64,000 bases of DNA. Source: Lama glama (taxonomy: Eukaryota). The position numbers were made by a program, and so were the translations under genes. Positions 1 to 12,129 of this stretch are shown here, piece by piece. The notes beneath the pieces are model-generated. The model was given only the letters and a program-made list of their open reading frames with translations, was not told where the DNA came from and searched no databases. The stretch's first letter is position 1, and each line of letters begins with the position of its first letter. Location of the stretch: positions 93,498,001 to 93,562,000 of the forward strand of contig CM052817.1 in assembly GCA_028534125.1 (NCBI GenBank). The letters are read 5' to 3'.

Positions 1-539
1 CAAGAAATGAGATGGGGAAACAGAAATCAAGAGGGTTAACTATCTGAAAACATACAGTGGCCACAATGCAGAAGTAACTATGATGTATTTCTGCACTGTC
101 TTTTATTGATTTTTATCTGATAAAGCTTTCACTATATGACTAAGGAAATTATAGCAGTTAATATAGATTTATTGACTTTAGATAAACCTGAAAAATAAAG
201 CAAAGGTCTGGTAAACAATTTGAACCTCAGATTAATTAGTCTTATTTTATGTACTAATAACATCTGCAGAGGAGGAATTGCTGCATTTTTCAATTCAAGA
301 GGAAAAGGTCTCCTGAAAAAAAATCATTCCATAAGTTTATATACTGATGCTTAGAAGATAATACAGCTTCACGAAAGGCAAAGGATCTAACAAGAAGTTG
401 GCTTTGAATCTCATCTCTCTCTGTCCTTTACTCACTAGAGTCTCAGCAACACGCAAGCAGCAGGGCTGACGCTACTGCGCGAGGTTAGGTATGGGTGACG
501 GGGAGGGAGACCAGTGGGGCCCTGGGGCTGCGATCTCAC

Positions 540-976
540 TGGCTCAGCCCCTCTTCTACCCTACTATTGTCCTCCTTTGACCTTGGCATTCCGGTAGTCC
601 AGCAGAAGGCCCTTCACTATTCGCCATTTACCTTTTTACTATGAGACCAGATCAACTCATAACTTAGTCTCATGTCTGATCAAACCAGCAACCTGACTGA
701 CAACCCCCAAATCCCAGTATTTCCATTCTTACGACCCTAATACCGGCTGTGTAAGTATCTACTCCAGCCACCTGCATAAGTCCCTCTGGACACAAAGAGG
801 CCTTCCTTGCCCTTCTATATCCAAAACAGTCCCTCCGTTCCCCAAATCTACTACCTCTACCCCAGGCACGTTCTATATAGTTGCCCTGTTTCTGTCTACA
901 TAGAACTTAACACTATCTAAAGTTATTTTATTTATAAGTTTTCTATGCTCTCAACACAATTGAGATGAATGAATGA
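540..976 (+). mobile_element. L2 LINE 3' fragment (ancient)
   Basis: Pyrimidine-rich L2-like body ending in tgagatgaatgaatga. Boundaries approximate. Confidence 0.55.
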
Positions 977-3314
977 CTTGTACTTGTTAGACTTCACTCC
1001 AGCCTCTATGTTCCCACATTCCTATCATAACTGACATGAGGCTGCTGACACATAAGAAATGTGCTTCGACACATAAGAAATGTACTTCGACCCTGTATCT
1101 GGTCTCTTGGCTTCCATTAGGTATCAGTCATCAAGGTGTAAGTTATTTCAAGAATATGACTTCATAGTGTCAAATAAAAACCACGAGGACCACATGCACA
1201 TACACATGCCATTCTCTCCTATGTACTTAACATGCACTGGTGACTATTGCTTTGGATGCATATGTGGTGTCCATTATAAACATATGAAAACACATTCTTC
1301 TAAATGTTCTATTGACTCCAGAGATAGAAAGTGGAGGCACACGGCAGTAAACATTATAAAAATAATTGGGGGGGATAAACTTAAGAAATGGTTCATAGGA
1401 ATTTCTTTCCTGTCATATCTTTGCCCAAGTATTCATCTCTATAAATTTTCCACAATGCTTTCAAGAAAGAGCTGTAACCAGATTGTAAAAAGTGCTCTCT
1501 CTTCTTAAAGGCCAGCTTTGTTGAAATGAAAACAATTTCATTAAACTGTAAGCAAAAATCTGTGTTCTCTTGGGTTTTTAATTATTTTTCTCTTTGTGAA
1601 GATAAAAAGGGTATCAGTACACTCAAGTAAAACAATGAAAGACACGTGGAATCACAGTTGCAGGTGTAAAGGTGAATGACATAATTCAAATGCGGTCAGC
1701 CGCTGGAAAGACAGTCGACAATGGGCAAGCAATACTCATTTTTTTCAGTACATGCTTATCTTGTGCTATCAAGAAATTTTTAGCCAATTAGCTTGCTCAA
1801 TTGACTAAGCGCTCCTACCTCATTTACTTGAATAAAGATGTAGCAGAGGAACTTCAACAAGATAGAGTGATTTTACAGCAGCATACAGACAAAGCAGAAG
1901 CAAACCCCTGATAGAAAAAAAACTTGTACAAAGCAATAGGACACCTACAAAATGAGTGTAACTGTCTTCCCAATTTAAAAAGAAGGGCCACTGAAACTCG
2001 CAATATACTTGAATACTTTGGTTAAAAAAATCAAGAATCAAATATATAAAAAAAAAAATTTAGTTGGAAAATTAGGTAGGAAAAACGCCTGTTACCTTAT
2101 TCTATTTTCTTTCCTAGATTTTTTAGAGATGCTTTGCTTTCTTTCTGAGTAAATAAATATGCACATTCTTAAACAATGATAAAAATATTTAAGAAACTAT
2201 TATTCTCCCTTTATTAATTATGAAATGAAGCCAATTACATAATAGTTGAAGTCTTGAATAATTTGTGAGATTAAAAAAATTCAAAGAAAAAAATGACTAA
2301 AATATACAGTGAAATCTACAGGGGTTTAGCTGTAATCTCCTTGAAAGAGTAGTTTAAAAAAAAAATCTTCCAGAAATGGTACAGTTGAGGATCTTAAAGT
2401 GCTACAAGCATAACAAACAGTTTGCGAAACAGTACTTTCCTGGATGAACAACACAATTCCCTGAAGATGCTAAATAACTTTCTCTGGTTTATTCATCAGG
2501 CTTTTCTTGCCATATGACAAAATAAAATTACCTGTTGTTGGGAATTCTAGTGTATTTTTTGAATACATGTGAAAAAAAGAATATCAAAGTTTTTTTTAAT
2601 GGGAGGAATATTCATAATGAATAAATTCTCACAGCTGCTCATCTCTTAGATCTATTCAAAGCCAGAAATGTAAGCGACAATAGCATTACTCCTGAACTTG
2701 ACTCTGATTTCAAAATAACTAGTATAGTTAGGTTTTTAGACAAGATAGATTAACTTTAATCGAAATAGAAGAGAGGTATTTGGCCCAGACATGCTGTCTC
2801 TTGAGAGCTGGCCTCTACGTTTGACCAACAGCCTCCACTCCAATTGCTTCTGCTCCCTTCAGATTTCTCTGTTCTCCAAGATGCAAATAAGAAGGGGTGA
2901 TTTGTGTGTTGAAATACACTGGATTAGTCAAACAAATCTTCATTTTTTCAGAAGTCCTGCTAAAAAGGTAAAAAATGAATTTCTTCTCTTAAAGAAAGAA
3001 AGATGGGTAGATGGAGGCCCAAGTAGCTAGAGTTACAGTCAGTGAGTCAAAATGCGCCCCAGGCCTTCTTTGCTACTCAGCTCCCTTTCTGAAAACGAAT
3101 TTTTTCTGTATGTGACAACATCTGACAATGCTCTAGAAAAATAAATAAAGAAAAAAAGTATAGTTTTATTGGTGTTACCACAGAAGCTTCCTGAGTTTTC
3201 ACATTTCTGTCTGTTTCTCAATACCTGGGAAAACTAAAAAATCTAGAATTCTTAACTTACAGCACCATTTAGCTACATTTATTACAAAAAAAAAATGTTT
3301 CAAAACATGAGTTA

Positions 3315-4145
3315 TACAGAAAACCAGAATGCTGACAAAGCTAAATGTTGGTGAAGACGTGGAGTAACTTATATACTGCTGGTGGGAAAGCACGGTGGTA
3401 CAGCCGCTTTGCAAGAGAGTTTGACAGTTTCTCTCAAAACTAAACATACTCTCACCATATGATCCAGCAGTTGGCCTCCTTGGTATTTACCCCCCAAATG
3501 GTGAAAACCAATGCCTACACAAAAGCTTGTACACAGGTGTTTCTAGCAGCTTTACTCATAATTACTAAAACTTGGAAGTTACCAAGATGTCCTTCAGCCG
3601 GTGACTAGATAAATGAACTGTGGTACATCCATACACTGGAATATTATTCAACCCATGCTAAAAAGAAGTGAGCTATCAAGCCATGAAAAGATATGGAGAA
3701 ATATTAAATAAAAAGAAAGAAGCCAATCTGAAAGGGCTACATTCTGTATGATTCTGTCTGACACTCTGGAAAAGGCAAAACTATGGAGACAGTAAAAAGA
3801 TCAGTGGTTGCCAGGGGTTAGGGGAGAGGGTGGGATGCCTTGGCAAAGCACAGACAACTTTCACAGCAGTGAACACACTAAGTATGATACTACAATGATG
3901 GATACGTGTCATTATACATTGTCCAAACCCAAAAGAAAGGGTTGAACCCTAATATAAATAATGGGTGACAATAATCTCTCACTGTAAGTTCATCAGCTGG
4001 AACAAATGTATCAGTCTGGCAGGGGATGTTGAAAATGGGGAAAGATATGCATTTGTGGGGATGGAGTTATATGGAAAATTTCTGTAACCTTCTGCTCAAT
4101 TTTGATGTGAACCTGAAATTGCTTTAAAAATAAAGTCTATAAAAA
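3315..4145 (+). mobile_element. L1 3' end (L1MB/L1MC-like)
   Basis: ORF2 C-terminal and 3'UTR motifs (atatgatccagca, tgtggtacatccatac, tctggaaaaggcaaaactatggagacag), ending in aaaataaagtctat. Confidence 0.85.
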
Positions 4146-4999
4146 CGAGAAAACAGACAAAACAGAAAATTATGGTCATTATCTCAATACGTTCAAAACA
4201 TGCTTCAAAATGTAGTATTTTGAGCAAAGGATATAAATTTGAAACTTATTTCATTATATAATGAAAACGTATATTGTTTTTAAATTGGGACTTCAAACCA
4301 CTAAAAACTACTAGAGACAATGAATGCATATATTTCAATTTGCACATAACCTTATAAAAATATATACTAATATTTAAAGATTTGGATACCAAAATGTATC
4401 TGGTGTCTGCATATGAAATTGAATACATGCACGTACAATTCCATTCAGAACAAAAAAAAAAACTTCATTACAGATACAATGTAAAGATACTGGTGAACCT
4501 TCAAAATATTTCAGAACCATGAGAGAAAAAAATACTCCCTCTAAATAGTTCATGTGAACCATATTTCTACCCTCTTTAAATACCATTTTGCAGCTAATTC
4601 CTTAATGGCGTTTTGCAGTCATGCCCAATTTAAACAAAAAGCAGCTCCTCCTCATTAACTAAGAAGTGGGCGAGCCTCAAGGTGCACATTTTTACTTGAT
4701 CCTTTGATAAAGCTACACATTTCTACGTGTGACAGATCTTTAGAGTTGCTTAAGCAAGTCAAAGCTTTGAATTAAATTCTCAAAATGTCAAAAATCTCCC
4801 CACAATATCAAGACGGAAGAGTTAGGGGACAATTTTGAGTGAATGAGACTGAAAGGCACAAACTTTGAAAGTGGCACCAAGGAGGATAAAGGAAAACTTA
4901 CATGAGCCCAGTCTCCAGCCCAAGGAGCAGATAATTAGACACATGGACTTTGAGAAATGTTGATTAGCAATAAATCCAGTCACTTTATTAGAATGAATG

Positions 5000-5200
5000 C
5001 CGGGCACTGGATTTGTGGTCAGCAGACCTGGTTGAGTGGCACAACTCCATCACCACTGAGCCCTCAATTCTTGGTCATGAACTGACCTGCCCCACAGCTC
5101 AGATTCTTTATTTACAAATTGGGGGAAATAATACTTACCTTATAGAATGGATTTCTTATAGAACAGTATTCATGAAAGCTTGCAAAATATATAATGATAT
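5000..5200 (+). mobile_element. MIR SINE
   Basis: MIR core-like ctcagattctttatttacaaattggggg...aataatacttacctt. Confidence 0.6.
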
Positions 5201-5284
5201 AACTAACGAACCTAAAGTTGTAAACTATATGTACAAATGACTCTAAAATTTATAGCTATAAATAAATATGATAGAATTCCTTAC

Positions 5285-5329
5285 CAAGGATGAATTCCAA
5301 CTGTGGTTCATTTGGAGACTTCTGAATAC
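5285..5329 (-). CDS. INPP4B: INPP4B second coding exon, 45 nt, phase 1-1: (S)IQKSPNEPQLEFIL(A)
   Basis: Acceptor ttcctactattcatag|GT and donor CTTG|gtaagg. Joins in frame to the previous exon (A|GT = Ser) and matches the recalled human SIQKTPNEPQLEFIL. Confidence 0.96.
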
Positions 5330-6613
5330 CTATGAATAGTAGGAACACATTTAGAATAAAGACATTGGACTTGTTATCAAAAATATGTCAATATATATTA
5401 CTTTCACCCTGCCCAGACTGTATAAATGCAGTATTTAGCAGAACAAATAAACTCAGTTATAACTTTCCAGACTTACACATAAGGAGTTAGTTCTCAGGGC
5501 AGGATATTATAGCAAAACTACATATGACTAAAAATCCGACTGAGCTATTTCTCTCCATAGCCATTAAAAAACTCAGAAATGTTGGTTTTGTAAGCCATGA
5601 CAAATATAAAACATGTTTTTCAACTGTTCCTCTTTCTTTTGGATACATGTAGGCAGAGATGGAACCCTCACAAAGGAGGACCTCACCAAAGTCCTCTCTT
5701 ACACTGATTTCTCTTTCACGCCCCTTCAGCCTGGTGTTAATAGTAAATTGTTAATTAAAGGCTATCTTTGCTTAGGTTATACGGAACATGATGGTGATTA
5801 CTCTGTCAACTTACTGATAGCTCAAATCAGCATTTGGTTAGATGTGTCTATTCCTTTCTTTGGCAATTAAAAACATGGCTAAATAATTTAAGATGAAGTG
5901 TAGGGGGGGTGAGTCAGAACAAAGGTAAGGAGATGGGAACATCTAAAGGTTAGAAGTTAGAAAGATAAGGCTGTGGCAAGTGATAATGTGGTAGGTGGAT
6001 TCTCAAAGACCACACACACAGCGCAGGGGCTTCCTAAACAAGAGTGGATGAGGACTGGGATGACATTTGTTCCAACTCCTGGCTGCCCAAAGAAGCAGAA
6101 CTAAAATTTATGGAAAAGTAAACCAGTGTGCAGTAAATGTAAGAATATTTTAAAAATTATTTTCTTGTTTATTTGCACAGGTGCATTCAGATACAATTTA
6201 AGTTTATTAGCATTTGGTCATGAATACACTGTTAGAAACACCTCTTTGTATAAAAATCATCTGTTTTTTAATTTACAGAGTTCACATTTTTTTTGTACAG
6301 TAACCATTTATTTTTTTTTCCTGCTGACATTTAACAATGCTATGGTTAACAATTTTAGGCTTTCTGAGAGAGGTTGAAGTGACAGTCACTAGGAGGGTCT
6401 TTGTTAATCTCAAAGAGTGTGGATTTTTGAAAAAGTTATTAACAATTCTGCTGGAAGCTCTGACAATCAAATTTCTCAAAAAAATGCATCCAACCAATAC
6501 CATTTCCTAAAGATTATTTTTATAATGTAAATTAGATGAGAGGTTAGGCATATGTTTGCCTGTGTTAAATAAGTGGGCAACAGGAATCTACTGAAAAGAA
6601 AAGAAAAATAAGA

Positions 6614-7196
6614 TGAAGGAGAATTAATAAAACAGCCACATTGAGGCTAACAAATCGCTTATTCTTATGCTTGCCCTTAAAATGGTCAACTGACCTGACT
6701 GACCACTTGCTACTTACAGCTCCAGACCCGTTGTTAAAATAAAGCTATTAATTCACTCTTTCCACTTTATTCCAGTAATCAAAAGTAATAATTATACTTG
6801 GCTTCTGAGTTGTTCAACAGGGAGAAGGTCACAGAATTGTAACCTTACAAAATACCAAGAAGACCACGCCGTGGGCGCTTGGAGATAAAGAGGTCGAAAA
6901 AGTGACAACCGCTACCCTCTACAGAACTGCTTGCCTGGAGACATTATGACGGCACTGTAAGTCTTCTGATGAGAAAATGATTCTGTTGATTGTTATCTAT
7001 GCTTTATTGTTTAAGCCATGGCTATATAACCCCACCCTACCCCCAAGGTGGGCTCACAGTTGTGAAGGCACCAGCCTGCTGTTAGTCCTCTTCACCTGGC
7101 AAAGTAATAAAGCTGCCTTTTTTCTTCTAAGCTCCAAGACCCGGTCTCTGAGTTTCAATTTGGCTAGTCAGGGACAGGGCCGATCTTTCAGCAACA
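6614..7196 (+). mobile_element. Solo LTR, ERV1 class, 583 bp
   Basis: TG...CA termini, 4-bp TSD AAGA (6610-6613 and 7197-7200), TATATAA at 7023 and AATAAA at 7106. Confidence 0.85.
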
Positions 7197-7715
7197 AAGA
7201 CACAACTTACGTTTAACAATAAAACCCAAGCTCTAGAATTTTAAGCATGAGAGAAAACATAGAATTCTTCTGATGATTTTAATTAGTGGAGTAGCACAAA
7301 AACCAAAGTTAATGTTCAAATGCAAATCTTGGCCAAATCTCCAAGCTTGCTCTATTTACGTGACTAAGCACTCTCAGGTGTGGCAGTGACGGTCGGGCAT
7401 CTAGTGAAACCACGGTGCCCTAATGCTTTCAACTTAACTGTCTTCGGTTTTAAAGAGAAAATTTCTAGGTTCTAAAAAAAAATAATTCCACATGAGATTA
7501 TAAAAACATTAAAAAGAAAATGTACTTAAAAAGTACTTAGTGTCTTAACACACGTTCAAGAACTACGATTCTACTATTTGATATTTAACCATTTCATAGA
7601 CTATCATCTACCCCATCTAAGTAAAGGATAGGAGGCATATCATAGACTCACAACACTGAAATAAATGGTGTAAAGGAAAAAAAGTTGGTTAATATGGGGG
7701 TGAACACACACTCAC

Positions 7716-7806
7716 TTGTGAACTGAAAGTCCCCAGGATCATTTGCCTGGGGTGCGGGAAGAAAGTGCTGGCCTTCTTCTGATGCTTCTTCCTCTTTGAT
7801 TTCCAT
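7716..7806 (-). CDS. INPP4B: INPP4B first coding exon, coding part (codons 1-30 plus 1 nt): [30 protein letters not shown]
   Basis: The translation closely matches the recalled mammalian INPP4B N-terminus (human [30 protein letters not shown]). Strong Kozak context ATCATGG, donor ACAA|gtgagt at 7715, and an in-frame TGA 14 codons upstream (7846-7848). Confidence 0.96.
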
Positions 7807-7922
7807 GATCTCAGTTCTTCTCAGTTCTTTAAATCTTCCAAATGTTCACACCCAAATGTCACTGCCAATGATTCCTCGTATCTTCACACGAAAGTCTGGA
7901 TATCCCACTCTGAAATTCTGCA
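7807..7922 (-). other. INPP4B: 5'UTR part of the INPP4B ATG-containing exon
   Basis: Acceptor tgttgctgtttccttag|TGCAG at 7924-7923. An alternative AG 5 nt further in would start the exon at 7917. Confidence 0.8.
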
Positions 7923-9089
7923 CTAAGGAAACAGCAACAGCAAACATCTCAGTCACTCCAGAATTCAGGATGAAGCAAAGAATTAAAGTCAGGTAGAGCC
8001 CACGGCTACCTTCATGTGAATTTCCTTCCTGCCTATCCCACTTTTATTATTACAACCAGCCCACCCAATTGATGTACCATAAAGTCTGGGTTAAAGGGGT
8101 ATTCTCTGTGCAGTCATTTTATGGTCATATGAGGGACTTCTAAATCCTGAAAGGTTTATTCTTTCTCTTCTAATTCATTTTGTAAAATAGCAGACAGCTA
8201 TAGGGGCTGCTAACTTAATATGCACCTAAATTAGCAACAAGAGCAGGTACCATCTTGCCAAGGCACCAGCATGTTTTGCCAAGGTGAATATTACTATCAC
8301 TCCTTCCATTAGAATTGCCCTTTACACTCATCTCTCCATCCACCCTTGTTAAAGCATTATTCATGGGCACACGGAGATAATTTGGCATGAAACTCTTCTT
8401 CCAAGATGAGCCAATAGGTTGTTCAAGGGAGTTTCCAACCTCATCATTATCCAAAGAGTTTCTTGATGCTCTGCTTAATAAAGTTTTAATCGTTTAATGA
8501 TTGGGGTATATGGTGAAAAGAGTGAATAATAATTCTAAAAAGATAAAGCTCTAAGGAAAATAAAAGTCATGACAAAATGATGCAAATTAGCATGGGGAAA
8601 GAAAGCCTCCAAGAATTTAACACTCTGTTGCACAGACAGCCTCAAATAGCTTCAAATTCATTTTGATATTTAGCATGATATACATGACCAAGAACTAATT
8701 AGGAAAAAAAAATCAATGTTGTTTTAAATCAACTTGCCAGCTGAATTAAAATGTATAAAAATCTTTAAATGTCTACCCAATGCTATTTAATGAGATAGCA
8801 GCAATCGAGTTTGGTTTGGAATACTGATTTAGTCTCCAACTTCACAAATCCACAGACTCACTTGTTGTTCTTAACAAAGCAGTCTCATTTATAATTCGGC
8901 TCTAGTTTTTAAATATCATCTGGCAAAAATTAAATCCAGAAAGCATCTTGAATCTTTAGAAAATATTACAATAAAGTTGCAGATAAACACACATTGGCTT
9001 CCAAATATACAACTAGGAATACTTTCTGGAGTAAAGGACCATTGCACTATCAATAAGACCAAATCCATCAATTTGGAAATTATATCTGA

Positions 9090-10226
9090 TTTATTTGTAT
9101 TGAGTTATAGCTGATGTACAATATTATATGTTACAGGTAAACAATATAGTGATTCACAATTTTTAAAGGTTATACTCCATTTATAGTTATAAAATATTGG
9201 CCATATTCCCTGTTTTGTACAATGTATCTTTGTAGCTTATTTTATACATAATAGTTTGTACCTCTTGATCTCCTACAACTATATTAGAAATAAAAGCAAA
9301 AATAAACAATGGGACCTAATTAAAATTAGAAGCTTTTGCACAGGAAAATAAACCACTGACAAAACAGAAAGACAACCTACTGAATGTTAAAAATATTTGC
9401 AAATGATCTGCCCAAAAAGGGGTTAATATTCAAAGTATATACACAGCTCATACAACTCAGTATCAAAAAACCAAACGACCCAATTAAAACCTGGGCAGAA
9501 GATCTGAATAGATATTTTTTCCAAAAAGAAAATACAGATCACACACAGGAACATGAAAAGATGCTCAACATCACGAATCATCAGGGAAATGCAAATCAAA
9601 ACCACAATGAGATATCACCTCATCTGAATGACTATCATCAAAAATTACACAAATAACAAATATCAATGAGGATGTGGAGAAAAGGAAGCCCTCCTACGCT
9701 ATTAATGGGAAGGTAAATTAGTGTAGCCACTATGGAAAACAGTATGGAGATTCCTCAAAAAAAACTAAAAATAGAAGTATCGTATGACTCAGCAATTCCA
9801 CTTCTGGGTATATATCCAAGAAAAACAAAAACACTAATTAGAAAATATACATGCACCTCAATGTTCATAGCAGCACTACTTACAATAGCCAAGATATGAA
9901 AGCAACCTGAGGGTCCATCAAAAGATGAATGGATAAAAATGATGTGATACACACACATACATACACACACAATGAAATACTACTCAGCCATTAAAAAGAA
10001 TAAAATTTTGCCATTTGCAACAACAGATGAACTTGGAGGGTATTGCGTTAAGTGAAATAAGTCAGGTGGAGAAAGACAAATACCATATGATATCACTTAC
10101 ATGTACAATCTAAACAATATAGCAAACTAGTGAATATAACAAAAAAGAAACAGACTCACAGATACAGAGAACAAATTAGTGGTTACAAGTTGAGAGGAGG
10201 AAGCGGGGCAGGGCATATAGGGGTAG
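9090..10226 (-). mobile_element. 5'-truncated L1 with 5' inversion (twin priming)
   Basis: 9090-9283 is the L1 3' terminus on minus. About 9285-10226 is the immediately upstream L1 sequence on plus. Degenerate TSD aaattatat on both sides. Confidence 0.85.
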
Positions 10227-11079
10227 AAAATTATATTTTGAATTAAGATAATGCTTTCTACTTTCCTTTTTGGACTATTTACATTTGGAAGTTTTTTTTT
10301 TTCCTAATAAGAACAGACATATACTTATTACACCACATTCTCTTAAGAAACTATGACAAATGCCTTAGCATTAGTGGAGTAATATGTGTGGAAGACTGCA
10401 ATGTATATGGGACTGGGATACAAGAAGCTTGTTAACTTCACTATACTTCTTGACCAAAGATCCAACCCCTAATCCTGATCAGTCATCTCAGAAATTGAAA
10501 AGGGGCCCTAAATAAGGCAATATGGATGAATCCTAGCAAACTAATAACCCAGCACGCTAATGGTGAATAATTAATAAATGTCAACTCTGTGGGTTATGTG
10601 ACTTACATAATCTGGGGGTGAGTAGAGAGGGCTGAAGTAAGATGCCACAAAGGCTCATTACCATGGTTCCATTTTAAGCGAACTACCCATTCAAAACTGA
10701 AAAATGAATTCAATTTCAGAGAGAAAGGAGACACATAAACAAAATAAGGATTACATGACAACTTCTTATAACTCTATTCATTTTCATTCTATCTTTGTTG
10801 CATTAGAGGAAGAATTTCAGATTTGATACTATACCAAGGCACAGATCTCAAAAGGAATCAGTTGCATTGCTAGCAAAATTCTATAAAACCAAGCATTTCT
10901 AGCAGGGAAATACAGCATTTACCCATGGTTATGGTTAGGTACAGTAGTTCCTTCTCTAGGTCTGTCTGGAAATTTTTTGGTTTAAAGAACCTGCATAAGA
11001 ATAGATTGAGGTTTTTTACATACTACACAAAAATTTAAAATAGACAGCCAGAAGACCAAACTTAATTCTTACAGCAGAA

Positions 11080-12090
11080 ATAAGCCACATTAAACATATC
11101 TTAAACAAAAGAGCAACATGATCATGTTTGATTTTTAGAAAGTTTAAAAAAAAAAAAAGAAAGAAAGTTTACTGGGTGTCAAAGTAGATAATACACTAGA
11201 AGGTGGCAACTTGATAAGGAAATCAATCTGTTTGGAGGTAATTTTATTACTCTAGAAAAATTAAATAACAAAAAATGTGTATTTCAAAATACAAGCAGAT
11301 AACTAGAGAAGAGAATCTGGATTCAAAAAAATTATTAAATAGAATTACCTAGCCTTGGTGATGGAATTAGATGTGATATTAGAGTTGAGATAATGAAAGA
11401 CAGAAATTTCAAGTGAAACCCAGTAAATTATGGACCATTAAACTATCTGGAGCATAAAGAAGGAATTGTAGTTAAGAATGGTAAGTTCAGTTTTAACCAT
11501 TTTGCTTCTGAGATGCCTTAAGATATTAAGAAAACAGTTGTACACATGGGTCTAGGTCTCAGGAGAGATATTAAGGTTTGGAAAATATATTTTTGGAAAT
11601 CGTTGGCTAATAGTTGAAGTCAAAAGAATGCATGAAGTCACTGAAAGCAAGTGCATGTCATGAGAAGAAGGAGGACTGAGGATTCAACCTCAAGGCATCA
11701 AACTATCTGAGGAAGCAGGAAGAGAAGTTAGCAGGGAAAGGCACTGGCAGTGATGGGAAGAGTAGCAGAGGAAGTGGTGAGGGAACAATGTCCTCACTCC
11801 TTTTAGCTGATGTTCCTCAAGTAAACAATATCAATGGGTTAAGAGACTGCTTTATTTTTTTTAAGAATGGGGATACTTGAGCATATTTAAGTGCTGAAAG
11901 GGCATAGCCAAGAGAGAAAAAGAGGAATCAAATATTAAGGAAAAAGGGGGATGATTGCTGGGGCAAGGAAAAATCTAGATGCTAATCTTTGCTGTAATGA
12001 GAGGAAGGGGATAAATAGAAAAAGAGATATGATCTGCAAAGTAAGGGACAGAAACTTGAGGATATAGCTTCAGTTTTGTTTTTTGGTTCT
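11080..12090 (-). mobile_element. L2 LINE fragment
   Basis: Purine-rich antisense L2 motifs (atgatcatgtttgatttttagaaag, gagatgcctt, atggggatacttgagcat). Boundaries approximate. Confidence 0.65.
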
Positions 12091-12129
12091 TTTCAGGAAA
12101 AAGGCATATTTGTGAACTATGGATAAGGA

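Noticed and set aside
440..540. Small CpG/GC-rich patch as a possible promoter
   Set aside because: Only about 100 bp, far below CpG-island size, with no supporting exon structure.
1080..1508. 142-aa plus-strand ORF
   Set aside because: Antisense intronic, no recognisable domain or splice structure, and its ATG lies within a local tandem duplication. Consistent with chance.
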